64,000 nt of DNA from an uncultured Candidatus Saccharibacteria bacterium (lineage in GTDB: Bacteria > Patescibacteriota > Minisyncoccia > UBA6257 > HR35), in assembly GCA_964655375.1 (NCBI GenBank), contig CAZZNB010000042.1, positions 8,564 through 72,563 on the forward strand, given 5' to 3'. Of the stretch, positions 10,461-19,634 are shown piece after piece. Each line of letters opens with the position of its first letter. Positions within the stretch are counted from its first letter, which is position 1. The position numbers and the translations under genes are program-made. The notes below the pieces were generated by a model. That model did not search any database. It had not been told where the DNA came from and worked only from the letters and a program-made list of their open reading frames with translations.

Positions 10461-10784
10461 TCAAGTTGTACATTTTCTACATAGCTCTGTTGTAGGGTCA
10501 ATTTTTAATCGAGCCTCTTCAATATGATTATTACATTTTATGCATATTCCATAAGTGCCATTTTCTATTTTTTGCAACGCCCTCTTTATGTTCTCTAGTC
10601 TTCTTTCTAAAATTTCTTTTTTCGAATAAAAATCACTTTTCTCTTCATATTTTTCTGCAATATCAGATGTTTCAAATTCATCACTTTCTTTTACTTTTTC
10701 CAATTCAGAATTTATCTCATCTAGAAGCAATTCAACTTCTTCTTTTTCTTTTAACAATCTATTTTTGATTTCTTCTAAATCCAT
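10461..10784 (-). CDS. DksA/TraR-family C4 zinc-finger protein
   Basis: C-terminal CIKC...CRKC with an N-terminal coiled coil; 107 aa. Confidence 0.75.
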   Translation of the reverse strand: MDLEEIKNRLLKEKEEVELLLDEINSELEKVKESDEFETSDIAEKYEEKSDFYSKKEILERRLENIKRALQKIENGTYGICIKCNNHIEEARLKIDPTTELCRKCTT

Positions 10785-12148
10785 TATTTAAAATTTTTAA
10801 TAATATATTTAAATGCGTTTAAGCTCGTTGAAATTATTAAGTTATTATTATAAATTGTCCATATAAATTTATAATCATTATCGTAATAAGCTATTTTATA
10901 TTTAACACCTTCATACTCTTCTGTAATTGTATAAAGCCTAATTAATTTCCCCTTTGGTAATCCTAAATATAATTTTTTAAAATCATCTAACAAGCTTTCT
11001 TTATCCCACAACCTCATAAAAGGAACAACAACATTTTCATCTTTTATTGTAAATATTATAACAGGAAATTTGCGAGTATAAGTATAATACATTAAAATTA
11101 CATAAGAATCCCCTAAGCTATTTTTAAAAGCCTCTTGATATTTTTTTTCTATAAAAGATGGAGTTATGAAATAATCCTTAATAAAATCTGATAGCAAAAC
11201 TTGATTATTATAAAAAAAATTAATTTTATATAAACTACCTGCAGATTTTTGAATTTTTATTAAATCAAGCCATTTTAGTCTAAAATCATTTGTAGTAAGT
11301 TCATCTAAAGAAATATTAATCTCTGGTACTTTTAAATAAGGAAAAACAGTTTTTGTTCCTTGCTTTTCAATATCCTCTATTTTTATTTCTTTAATCTCTT
11401 CTGATTTAGGAGAAGGTGTTTCCAATTTTTCCTCTTCAGCTTTAGGGAGTTCTTTAATTTCAGTTTTGGTTGGAGCAGAAGAAGTTAGGGGTGTTAAAGT
11501 AGATATTGTAGATAAAGTAGGTGTTGTAGTTAATTGAGAAGTAGTTGATATAGTAGATTCAGTAGAAGTAGTAATTGTAGATTCAGTTAATTGCGTTAAT
11601 GAAGCTGTAGCCACTTCTTCAGTTTGAGTAGATATTATATCTGTAGGTGTAGTTTGTTGAAAAATGCTAGTAATTATTTTTTCTTCGGTTCCCCCTCTTT
11701 CTTCTTTTGGTGTCTCTTTTTTAAAAATATTATTAAAAACATCTATTTTATTAAGAGCATAAAATCCGCCATAAATAATAAAAGGAATTAATATCAAAAA
11801 AGCCAATAAAGTTAAAAGTTTTTTATTTATTTTGAAAGAAGGCTTTATTTGAATTTTAGGAATTTCTATATTAGGAATTTTAAGTTTTACACTCGGAGTT
11901 TTTTTTGTCTCTGATTTTATCAATTTTTCTTCAGTAGGTTCAGGAATTTCAATTGGTTCTATTTCTGGTAATTTCTCAGGAATAGGTTCTTTCTTTGTAA
12001 TCTTAAAGGTGGGTATTGTTTTTTCCGGAGGAATACTTTCAGCTTCAATTTTCTCTTTTTTTATAAGAATATCTTTAGATGTTTTTAACTCTTTTTCTTC
12101 TTCCTCTCCTCTCCCTTTTATTATTCTATATTTAATCTCATCTGGCAT
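10784..12148 (-). CDS. Hypothetical membrane protein with a Thr/Ser-rich linker and an unknown C-terminal domain
   Basis: One TM (LLTLLAFLILIPFIIYGGFYAL) and a T/S-rich low-complexity stretch. Starts and stops overlap with pnp and the dksA-like gene. Confidence 0.4.
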   Translation of the reverse strand: MPDEIKYRIIKGRGEEEEKELKTSKDILIKKEKIEAESIPPEKTIPTFKITKKEPIPEKLPEIEPIEIPEPTEEKLIKSETKKTPSVKLKIPNIEIPKIQIKPSFKINKKLLTLLAFLILIPFIIYGGFYALNKIDVFNNIFKKETPKEERGGTEEKIITSIFQQTTPTDIISTQTEEVATASLTQLTESTITTSTESTISTTSQLTTTPTLSTISTLTPLTSSAPTKTEIKELPKAEEEKLETPSPKSEEIKEIKIEDIEKQGTKTVFPYLKVPEINISLDELTTNDFRLKWLDLIKIQKSAGSLYKINFFYNNQVLLSDFIKDYFITPSFIEKKYQEAFKNSLGDSYVILMYYTYTRKFPVIIFTIKDENVVVPFMRLWDKESLLDDFKKLYLGLPKGKLIRLYTITEEYEGVKYKIAYYDNDYKFIWTIYNNNLIISTSLNAFKYIIKNFK

Positions 12149-14207
12149 CTTTTAAAGATACATAAATTTTCCCATCTTCAGAAATATTTTTTATCCTTAC
12201 TTTTAGTTTTTCTCCTAATTTTATTTCTTTTTCAATGTTATCTATTCTTTTATTTGCAATTTCAGAAATATGTAATAAAGCAGTACGATTACCTCCTAAA
12301 TTTAATATAGCACCAAATGGCATAATTTTTATAACTTCCCCCTCTATTAACTCGCCTATTTCATAGGAATTAGTATAGGACTTTATTAACTTTTCAGTTT
12401 CTTTAAGTAATTCTTCATTTTCTGCAGAAATATAAACAGTTCCATCTGGTTTTATATCTATTTTTGCATTTGTAATTGCTATTATTTCATGAATGTTTCT
12501 GCCACCAGGACCTATTAGTAATCCAATCTTTGAAGGATCTATTTTAAGCAATGAGACATAAGGCACTCCCTCTTTCAATATTTTTCTTGGCTCGTTTATT
12601 TTTTCATACATCATATCTAAAATTTTATTTATAGCATCTATTGCTCTTTTTAATGATTCCTCTATAATTTTAGGTGTTAAGCCATCTATTTTTACATCAA
12701 GCTGAATAGCGGTAATTCCATCTTTTGTGCTAGCAATTTTAAAATCCATTCCCCCAAAGAAATCTTCAGGCCCTTGGATATCAGTTAGTAATTCATAATT
12801 TTCTTCATCTTGATATACAATTCCTATGCTTATTCCTGCAGCATGTTTTTTAATAGGAACACCTGCATCAAAAAGAGCTAAAGAAGAAGCACAAACACTT
12901 CCCATAGAGGTAGAACCATTTGAAGATAAAACATCAGATACTACTCGGATGGTGTAAGGAAATTTTTCTTCAGAAGGAACTAAATTCTTTAAAGCTTTTT
13001 CAACTAAATTTCCATGTCCAATTTCTCTTCTTGATGGGGCCCTAGGTGAACCTGTTTCTCCTACTGAATATGGAGGGAAATTATAATGGTGCATAAACCT
13101 TTTAAAGCCTTCAAATTCAATTTCTCTAACCCATAATTCTTCTCCTAATGATGCCAAAGTTACTGTAGAAAGAATATGTGTTAGTCCTCTTTTAAATAAT
13201 GCAGATCCATGAGTCTTAGGCAAAACACCTACTTCAATCTCTATTTTTCTTATTTCATCTAACTTCCTTCCATCTGGTCTAATTTTATTTTCTAAAACTC
13301 TCCTTTTAAAAATATCTTCTATTTTTAATAAAATCCCCTTATAAACTAAATCAAAATTATCTATAAATTCCCTTTCTTCATTTAATATATCAAAAATTTG
13401 ATATAGCTCAGGTCTTTCTTGAAAATTAAATAATGCTTTTTCTATATCTAAGTTATGCTTTTTTAAAAATTCCTCCCCATACTTTATGAAATTTTTAGTG
13501 TCAATTGTAATAGGCACAAATTTATTGATGTTTTCTTTAATGACATCCTCTAAAAAACTTATAACTTTATTTATCTCTTTTATTCCTATTTCACAAGCTT
13601 TAACAATATCTTCTTTCTTAACTTCTTGCCCCTCTAATTCAATCATATTAATCTTATTTTTAATTCCTCCTAAAAATATAGTAAAATCTGCACCAGATCT
13701 TTCAAGTTCTGTCGGATAAAAAATAAAATTATTGTTTTTTTTACATATTTTAACTGCTCCTACAGGCCCCTTCCATTCAAATCCTAAAAGTCCAACTGCC
13801 AAAGATGAACCCAAAAATGCCAATATGTCTGGATCAATTTCAGGGTCTAAAGAAAAAATAGTATTTGTAATTTGGAGTTCATAATTAAAATTTTTCAAAG
13901 TAGGTCTTATAGATCTATCAATTAATCTTGCATTTAAAATAGCTGTTTCAGACGGCCTACCTTCTCTTCTAATGAATCTACTTCCGTAAATTTTTCCAGC
14001 AGCATAATATTTTTCTTCATAGTCTACAGTTAAAGGAGTAAAATCAATACCCTCTTTTTTATCACCCAAAACAACTGTTGTTAAAACTAATGTCCCTTTA
14101 CATTTTGATAACAAAGAGACATTAGCCCTTTGTGCCCAATCATTTATTTCAAATTCAATCTCAAAACCATTTTCTGGATTTAATGTTATTTTATACTTCT
14201 TTTTCAT
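12138..14207 (-). CDS. pnp: Polynucleotide phosphorylase
   Basis: Two RNase PH domains followed by KH (GPGGRNI) and S1 domains; 689 aa. Confidence 0.95.
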   Translation of the reverse strand: MKKKYKITLNPENGFEIEFEINDWAQRANVSLLSKCKGTLVLTTVVLGDKKEGIDFTPLTVDYEEKYYAAGKIYGSRFIRREGRPSETAILNARLIDRSIRPTLKNFNYELQITNTIFSLDPEIDPDILAFLGSSLAVGLLGFEWKGPVGAVKICKKNNNFIFYPTELERSGADFTIFLGGIKNKINMIELEGQEVKKEDIVKACEIGIKEINKVISFLEDVIKENINKFVPITIDTKNFIKYGEEFLKKHNLDIEKALFNFQERPELYQIFDILNEEREFIDNFDLVYKGILLKIEDIFKRRVLENKIRPDGRKLDEIRKIEIEVGVLPKTHGSALFKRGLTHILSTVTLASLGEELWVREIEFEGFKRFMHHYNFPPYSVGETGSPRAPSRREIGHGNLVEKALKNLVPSEEKFPYTIRVVSDVLSSNGSTSMGSVCASSLALFDAGVPIKKHAAGISIGIVYQDEENYELLTDIQGPEDFFGGMDFKIASTKDGITAIQLDVKIDGLTPKIIEESLKRAIDAINKILDMMYEKINEPRKILKEGVPYVSLLKIDPSKIGLLIGPGGRNIHEIIAITNAKIDIKPDGTVYISAENEELLKETEKLIKSYTNSYEIGELIEGEVIKIMPFGAILNLGGNRTALLHISEIANKRIDNIEKEIKLGEKLKVRIKNISEDGKIYVSLKDAR

Positions 14208-14713
14208 TTTCTTATTAAAATGTAATCTTTTAATTCATCTAGATCATAAAAAAAATCTGCTAACTCTTTTAATTTTACAGAAGTATTTCTTCCAAATCCA
14301 GCTATTTCTACAATATTACCTTGATTTTTTAAATATTCTACTAAAGGTGCAAAATCTCCATCACCAGATACTATTATTATTACATCTAAAAACTTAGAAA
14401 GTCTAATTGTATCTACTGCTATACCTACATCCCAATCTGCCTTTTTTTCGCCACTTGGTAAATAAATTATATCTTTGATCCTTAATTCTATTCCTTTTAA
14501 AATTAAAGCTTCAAAAAACGAAATCTCTTTAGGACTAAGATCGGATTTTATAACATAAGCGATGCTTCTTATAAGATTCCTTCCTTGGTTTAAAATTTCA
14601 ACTAATTTCCCAAAATCTACATTTTTCCCGTAAAAATTTTTTGCAGAATGATAAATATTCTGGGTATCAATGAAAATACCTACTCTTTGTGAAGAAGAAG
14701 CAAATGGATTCAT
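14204..14713 (-). CDS. NYN-domain (LabA-like, PIN-fold) predicted RNase
   Basis: VGIFIDTQN...[10 protein letters not shown]. The protein is translationally coupled between rpsO and pnp. Confidence 0.7.
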   Translation of the reverse strand: MNPFASSSQRVGIFIDTQNIYHSAKNFYGKNVDFGKLVEILNQGRNLIRSIAYVIKSDLSPKEISFFEALILKGIELRIKDIIYLPSGEKKADWDVGIAVDTIRLSKFLDVIIIVSGDGDFAPLVEYLKNQGNIVEIAGFGRNTSVKLKELADFFYDLDELKDYILIRK

Positions 14714-14967
14714 AACTTCAATAATTCTTTAAGTTTTTTATATCTAGTAACAGATTTTCTTTCTAAATACTTCAACAATTTTCTTCTTTGTGCTATTTTT
14801 AATATGAGCCCTCTTTTAGAATTATAATCCTTTGGATGTTTTTGTAAATGCTTAGTCAAATTAATAATTTCTTCAGTCAAAATAGCAATTTGAACCTCGC
14901 AAGATCCTGTGTCTTTTTCATGTTTCCCAAATTTTTTTATTATTTCTTGAACTTTACTATTTGCCAT
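14710..14967 (-). CDS. rpsO: Ribosomal protein S15
   Basis: MANSK...[20 protein letters not shown]; 85 aa. Confidence 0.9.
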   Translation of the reverse strand: MANSKVQEIIKKFGKHEKDTGSCEVQIAILTEEIINLTKHLQKHPKDYNSKRGLILKIAQRRKLLKYLERKSVTRYKKLKELLKL

Positions 14968-15893
14968 TAAATAATTTTAAAATATTAAATATGAAAAAGC
15001 AAGAAGGGGAAAATTACCTTAAATCTTTGATTTTTCAATTTGTAAAATATTTAGAAATAGTTAAAGGAAGATCGGAAAGCACAAGAAAGATCTATGTTAA
15101 TAGACTGCTGAAATTTTTTGAATGGTTTGATAAGAATCAATATAAAAAGATTAATAAAGATGTAATTTGGCAATTTAGGATATATTTATCAGAACAAAAA
15201 TTGAGCAAAAGAACTCAAGTACATTATTTAATAGTTCTTAGGAATTTTTTAAAATTTTTAAAAAAAGAATTAAACTTAGATGTGATAGATTTTACTCAAG
15301 TAGAGTTACCTAAATTACCAGAAAGAGAAATTAAGATTTTAAATGAATCAGAATTAGAAAAATTATTAAATGCTCCTAAGGGGAATGACCTTAAATCATT
15401 AAGAGATAAAGCTATATTAGAAGTTTTATTTAGTACAGGATTGAGGGTTTCTGAACTATGTTCTTTAAATAGAGATATAGATATAGAAAAAGGGGAAATT
15501 ATCATAAGGGGTAAAGGAAATAAAATAAGAACTGTCTTTTTATCTGAAAGAGCCAAAAAAGCAATTAAAGACTATCTGGAAAATAGAAATGATAACCATC
15601 CAGCATTATTTATTTCTTTAGCTCGAAATACAGAACCTAGAAGATTGTCTGTAAGAGCTATTCAAAAAATTATCAAATCTTACGCTACCAAAGTAGGAAT
15701 TATTAAAAATGTTCATCCACATGTTTTAAGACATCAATTAGCTACCTTTTTGATTTCAGCAGGAGTTAATCTAAGAGCTGTTCAAGAAATCTTAGGCCAT
15801 AAAAATATCTCTACAACACAACTTTATACTCATATTTCTAAGCCTGAATTGAAAGAAATTTATGAAAAAATTATTAATAAAAAATTAAGATAA
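14961..15893 (+). CDS. Tyrosine site-specific recombinase of the XerC/XerD type
   Basis: C-terminal catalytic motifs HVLRHQLAT and [14 protein letters not shown]. The start is probably the internal ATG near 14991. Confidence 0.8.
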   Translation: MPLNNFKILNMKKQEGENYLKSLIFQFVKYLEIVKGRSESTRKIYVNRLLKFFEWFDKNQYKKINKDVIWQFRIYLSEQKLSKRTQVHYLIVLRNFLKFLKKELNLDVIDFTQVELPKLPEREIKILNESELEKLLNAPKGNDLKSLRDKAILEVLFSTGLRVSELCSLNRDIDIEKGEIIIRGKGNKIRTVFLSERAKKAIKDYLENRNDNHPALFISLARNTEPRRLSVRAIQKIIKSYATKVGIIKNVHPHVLRHQLATFLISAGVNLRAVQEILGHKNISTTQLYTHISKPELKEIYEKIINKKLR

Positions 15894-15895
15894 TA

Positions 15896-15923
15896 TTGAC
15901 TTTTAAAGATAATTCTTTATAAT
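15896..15923 (+). promoter_or_regulatory. Candidate sigma70-type promoter for rplJ-rplL
   Basis: TTGACT, a 16-nt spacer, then TATAAT. Confidence 0.5.
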
Positions 15924-15933
15924 ATTTTAATTT

Positions 15934-15984
15934 GGTCGAAGAAATGAGGCAGGCTTAAAAGCCGTAAGGCCTCATGAGATCAAA
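15934..15984 (+). promoter_or_regulatory. Candidate L10 leader, an autoregulatory 5' UTR structure
   Basis: Hairpin ATGAGGCAGGCTTAAAAGCCGTAAGGCCTCAT at 15944-15975 immediately upstream of rplJ. This is the position where the L10(L12) leader is normally found. Confidence 0.45.
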
Positions 15985-16494
15985 ATGAAGACAAGGGAAG
16001 AAAAACAAAAAATTATAGAAGAATTAAAACATTTTTTTGAAAGATCGAAGAAGATTTTTTTTATTTGCTTATCTAATATAAATTTTGAAATCCAAAGTTC
16101 TTTAAGAGATCAAATTAAAAAAGCTGGAGGTATTTTTAGAGTGGTCAAAAAAACTTTATTAAAATTAGCTAATAAAAATTTAGATTTAGAAGGAGATGAA
16201 TTTAAAGTACCCCTAGGAATAATTTTTGATTTCAATGATTTAAACAATATTGAAATATTTAAAATTCTTACAGAATTTAATAAAACAAAAAATTTAGTAT
16301 TAGTACAAGCTTTAGTAGGTAATAAAATATTAAGACCAGAAGAAATAATTAAAATAGGCAATTTGCCACCTAAAGAAGTATTAATTCAAAAATATAATAT
16401 AATTTTGAAATCTTTATTAAGAAAATTAGTTCTAACTTTAAAAAATCCTATAATAAAATTAAATCTGGTCGTAAATAATGTTAAAAAGAAATAA
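15985..16494 (+). CDS. rplJ: Ribosomal protein L10
   Basis: N-terminal KTREEKQKII.EL sequence and gene context. Confidence 0.85.
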   Translation: MKTREEKQKIIEELKHFFERSKKIFFICLSNINFEIQSSLRDQIKKAGGIFRVVKKTLLKLANKNLDLEGDEFKVPLGIIFDFNDLNNIEIFKILTEFNKTKNLVLVQALVGNKILRPEEIIKIGNLPPKEVLIQKYNIILKSLLRKLVLTLKNPIIKLNLVVNNVKKK

Positions 16495-16868
16495 TGGATG
16501 AAAAAGTTAGGAAAATAGTTGAAGAAATAGAAAGCTTAACAGTTATTGAGCTAAATGAATTGATAAAGATGTTAGAAGAAAAATTTGGGCCAGCAAACAT
16601 ACCAGTTCAAGCAACAATTCCACAAGCATCTCCTGAAGCTCCTTCAGCTGGTCCATCAAAAGTTAATATTATTTTAGTTGATGCTGGAGCGAATAAGATC
16701 CAAGTAATAAAGGCTTTAAGAGAAATAAATCCAAATCTTGGGCTTAAAGAAGCAAAGGATATTGTTGATAATCCTCCTCAAACGATTAAAGAAAATGTTG
16801 ATGTTGAAGAAGCAAATAAAATAAAAGAAAAAATAGAAAGTGCAGGTGGCAAAGTTGAATTTAAATAA
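16494..16868 (+). CDS. rplL: Ribosomal protein L7/L12
   Basis: Motifs IVEEI..LTV.EL..L...EEKFG and VIKALREI..LGLKEAKD. Confidence 0.95.
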   Translation: MDEKVRKIVEEIESLTVIELNELIKMLEEKFGPANIPVQATIPQASPEAPSAGPSKVNIILVDAGANKIQVIKALREINPNLGLKEAKDIVDNPPQTIKENVDVEEANKIKEKIESAGGKVEFK

Positions 16869-16916
16869 AATATTTTTTAAAATCTTAAAAGGTCGTGATT
16901 AAAATTAATTTTCAAA

Positions 16917-17171
16917 ATGGAAAATAAAAATTTAGTTACAATAGTCGTTGTATTAGTAGTTCTTGTCGTTTTAGGTTTATTAGCTTGGTGGTATTTGCAA
17001 CAAAGAGCTCAAGTAGCTCCTACACCAACATCTATTCCAACAGAAGTTCCTCAGCCACCAGTTCCTCCAGCTCCAGAAATGGTTCCACCTGCTCCCGAAG
17101 GGACTGTAAGTCCTGAAGTTCCTGCACCAGAAGGAGTTCCTACACCAGAAGCACCAGTTCCAGAGCCATAA
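16917..17171 (+). CDS. Small membrane-anchored protein with a Pro-rich (PAPE/VPxP) repeat tail
   Basis: N-terminal TM helix followed by a PPVPPAPEMVPPAPE...VPAPEGVPTPEAPVPEP tail. The AAGGTCG 5' element lies upstream and a hairpin terminator lies downstream. Confidence 0.5.
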   Translation: MENKNLVTIVVVLVVLVVLGLLAWWYLQQRAQVAPTPTSIPTEVPQPPVPPAPEMVPPAPEGTVSPEVPAPEGVPTPEAPVPEP

Positions 17172-17200
17172 AAAAGAACTTTAAGATATTTAATTTAAAA

Positions 17201-17230
17201 AGAGGGAGCATTTATGCTCCCTCTTTTATT
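17201..17230 (+). terminator. Rho-independent terminator, possibly bidirectional
   Basis: AGAGGGAGCA, loop TTTA, TGCTCCCTCT, then a T-run. Confidence 0.7.
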
Positions 17231-17232
17231 TG

Positions 17233-17304
17233 TGGCCCCGACGGGAGTCGAACCCGTATTTCCGCCTTGAAAGAGCGGTGTCCTAGCCCTTAGACGACGG
17301 GGCC
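17233..17304 (-). tRNA. tRNA-Glu (anticodon TTC), no encoded CCA
   Basis: GGCCCCGTCGTCTAAGGGCTAGGACACCGCTCTTTCAAGGCGG...GGTTCGACTCCCGTCGGGGCCA folds as a cloverleaf. Anticodon loop CTTTCAA. Confidence 0.85.
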
Positions 17305-17314
17305 TATAATAAAT

Positions 17315-17386
17315 AGGCACGGGTGGGATTCGAACCCACGTTGAACGGTTTTGCAGACCGTCCCCTAACCACTCGGGCACCGTGCC
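17315..17386 (-). tRNA. tRNA-Cys (anticodon GCA), no encoded CCA
   Basis: GGCACGGTGCCCGAGTGG...ACGGTCTGCAAAACCGT...GGGTTCGAATCCCACCCGTGCCT. Anticodon loop CTGCAAA. Confidence 0.75.
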
Positions 17387-17430
17387 GATTAATTTAAATT
17401 ATAATAAATTTTTTAAAAAATTACAATAAA

Positions 17431-19305
17431 TTATTCACAAGAATTACTTTGAGAAAATTCAGCGTAAGAAATTCGATTAGTGTGTATTGAAGCTAAAGAA
17501 ATAGCAAAATATAAACTAGAAACATCTTCAACTGTTAAGGGTAAATCAGTAGATAGAAAAACTCCTAGATAAGAAATAGTTAAATTAATATTATTCATAA
17601 TAACCGAAGTTGTGTTAAAGTTAATGTTACCAGAAGAATTTGTTTTTACTAACCATATATCATCAGAACCAGCCCCAATAGAAGCAGTATATCCTGAAAG
17701 CAAAATTCCTCCATCTGAACCTATAATAGCTCCTCTAGCATAATCTGCTCCACTCCCTCCATATATTTTTTGGAAAATTATAGAAAAATTATCAAAATTT
17801 TTGGCAACTTTTGTTAGTAAATAATCGTGCGACAAAGCAGGAGACGAATTAGTATGCCCTACAATTAAATACCCATCATCTATATTAAGAATTTTTCTTA
17901 TATCTTCAGTAGCAGAAGCACTTAAAACTTTATTAGAAATTATATTACCTTGATTATCAATCTTTAATAATAAAATATCCTGTGTGCCATTTACTCCTGT
18001 AGTTCTAGCTCCAATAATGAAATTGCTTCCATCTATGTCTAAAGTTACTCCAATATTATTTCCATTTGATGAATAATATTTACTTAAAAGTACTTCGCCA
18101 TTTTTATTAATTTTAGAAAACCAAATCATCGAATTATTATATACACCAACTATAGCAATATTACCATCTGGTAATAGTTTCATTTCGTAAATTTCTAATG
18201 GGCCAGTAGAAGTTCCATATAATTTTTGCCATAAAGGCTCTCCAGTATTTTTGTTTACTTTTACAATATAAGCTTTGCCAATTTCAGAAATATACCCACC
18301 CAAAATATAGCCATCATCTACCTCAACTGCAGTTCTAAAATAATCAGTTGTAGAAGTACCATAAAACTTTAACCAATTAAGATTTAAAGAGCTACTTAAC
18401 TTGGCTGCAACTGCATCATTTGTTCCACTATAGCTTTTACTCCATCCCATTAATAAATATCCTCCGTCAGATGTTTGAATTATATTGTAGAAATAATCAT
18501 GATTATCACCTCCAAAATTATTTTGAGCAATGATATAACCTTGATTATCTAATTTTAGTACCCAAAAGTCAAAATCACTTCCAGATGAATATCTTCCATA
18601 TCCAGCAACTACATAATTATTATTAGAATCTTTGATAACATGCATAGCTTGTTGTTTATCAACTGTTCCAAAAGTTTTTGCAAAACAGGAAGGAGTTATA
18701 ATTCCTGATCTAGAATTTAAGAAAGAAATAGGAGAAATATTAGAATTTCCTGTTTCATAAACATAATCTGATTTCCCTTTATCATTACTGGAAATACTAT
18801 TAGGCCCTTTATTAGTCTCACTTTCTAAATAAGCTGTAAATTCAAAGTTTGTTCCATCTGTAATAAAAGAGTAAAAATAAGGTGGGGAATTTTGTGGATC
18901 TACTAGAAGCTTTGTTAGATTCACTAAGGTAGAATTTATTAAATCTACAGGAAGCCACCCATTAATAATATCTTCTGGATCATTAGAACATCTGTATTCA
19001 TAGCCAGAAGGAGGGGGTGATAATAATCCAGAATTTATGTAAGTGCTACAAGTAGGAGAGTTATCTTTTAATGATAAAAATATAATATTATTTGTAGAAG
19101 TAGTAAGGGTTAAAATTCCTTTATTTTCAGCAATAATCAATTCTAGAGCTTTTTTTAGATTTTCTAAGTCTCCAATTCTTTTTGTATCTCTTGTTTTTCG
19201 AAAAAACTCTAGGGGTTTTATAGCCCAAATAGAAATAGCAAAAAGAATTGCAAGAATACTTAAAACCATTATGAGCTCAATTAGAGTGAAACTTAACTTT
19301 CTCAT
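17431..19305 (-). CDS. Large pilin-like protein: a type IV pilin N-terminus fused to an SBBP-type beta-propeller repeat domain
   Basis: N-terminus MRKLSFTLIELIMVLSILAIL. The rest carries repeated YGTS..DY....DGGYIL.GY blades. Start and stop overlap rbfA. Confidence 0.65.
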   Translation of the reverse strand: MRKLSFTLIELIMVLSILAILFAISIWAIKPLEFFRKTRDTKRIGDLENLKKALELIIAENKGILTLTTSTNNIIFLSLKDNSPTCSTYINSGLLSPPPSGYEYRCSNDPEDIINGWLPVDLINSTLVNLTKLLVDPQNSPPYFYSFITDGTNFEFTAYLESETNKGPNSISSNDKGKSDYVYETGNSNISPISFLNSRSGIITPSCFAKTFGTVDKQQAMHVIKDSNNNYVVAGYGRYSSGSDFDFWVLKLDNQGYIIAQNNFGGDNHDYFYNIIQTSDGGYLLMGWSKSYSGTNDAVAAKLSSSLNLNWLKFYGTSTTDYFRTAVEVDDGYILGGYISEIGKAYIVKVNKNTGEPLWQKLYGTSTGPLEIYEMKLLPDGNIAIVGVYNNSMIWFSKINKNGEVLLSKYYSSNGNNIGVTLDIDGSNFIIGARTTGVNGTQDILLLKIDNQGNIISNKVLSASATEDIRKILNIDDGYLIVGHTNSSPALSHDYLLTKVAKNFDNFSIIFQKIYGGSGADYARGAIIGSDGGILLSGYTASIGAGSDDIWLVKTNSSGNINFNTTSVIMNNINLTISYLGVFLSTDLPLTVEDVSSLYFAISLASIHTNRISYAEFSQSNSCE

Positions 19306-19634
19306 TTTTCTTTGTTTAATTCTTGTAAAATTTTATCAATTTCTTGAGCTTCTTTCAAATCTTTAGAGTATCGAAATATAATTTTTCTAGGTAAATATCT
19401 TAAATAAATGCTTTTTTTAAGCTCATTTTTGATTTTGATAGAATCTTTATTTAACTCAGAAACTACTTTTTTTGCTTTTTCATCAGGGAAAATGCTGATT
19501 TTAACTTTCATAACCCCTCCTTTTTGAGGCAAACTAACATCTAAAATTGTAAAAATTATTTTTGGGTCAATTCTATCTTTTAAAATTTTTGATAAAGTTT
19601 CAATAATTAAAAATCTCTTTCTTTCTGATCTCAT
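19302..19634 (-). CDS. rbfA: Ribosome-binding factor A
   Basis: About 110 aa and in the position downstream of infB. Confidence 0.7.
   Translation of the reverse strand: MRSERKRFLIIETLSKILKDRIDPKIIFTILDVSLPQKGGVMKVKISIFPDEKAKKVVSELNKDSIKIKNELKKSIYLRYLPRKIIFRYSKDLKEAQEIDKILQELNKEK

Noticed and set aside
17195-17380. 61-aa minus-strand ORF
   Set aside because: It is entirely accounted for by tRNA-Glu and tRNA-Cys.
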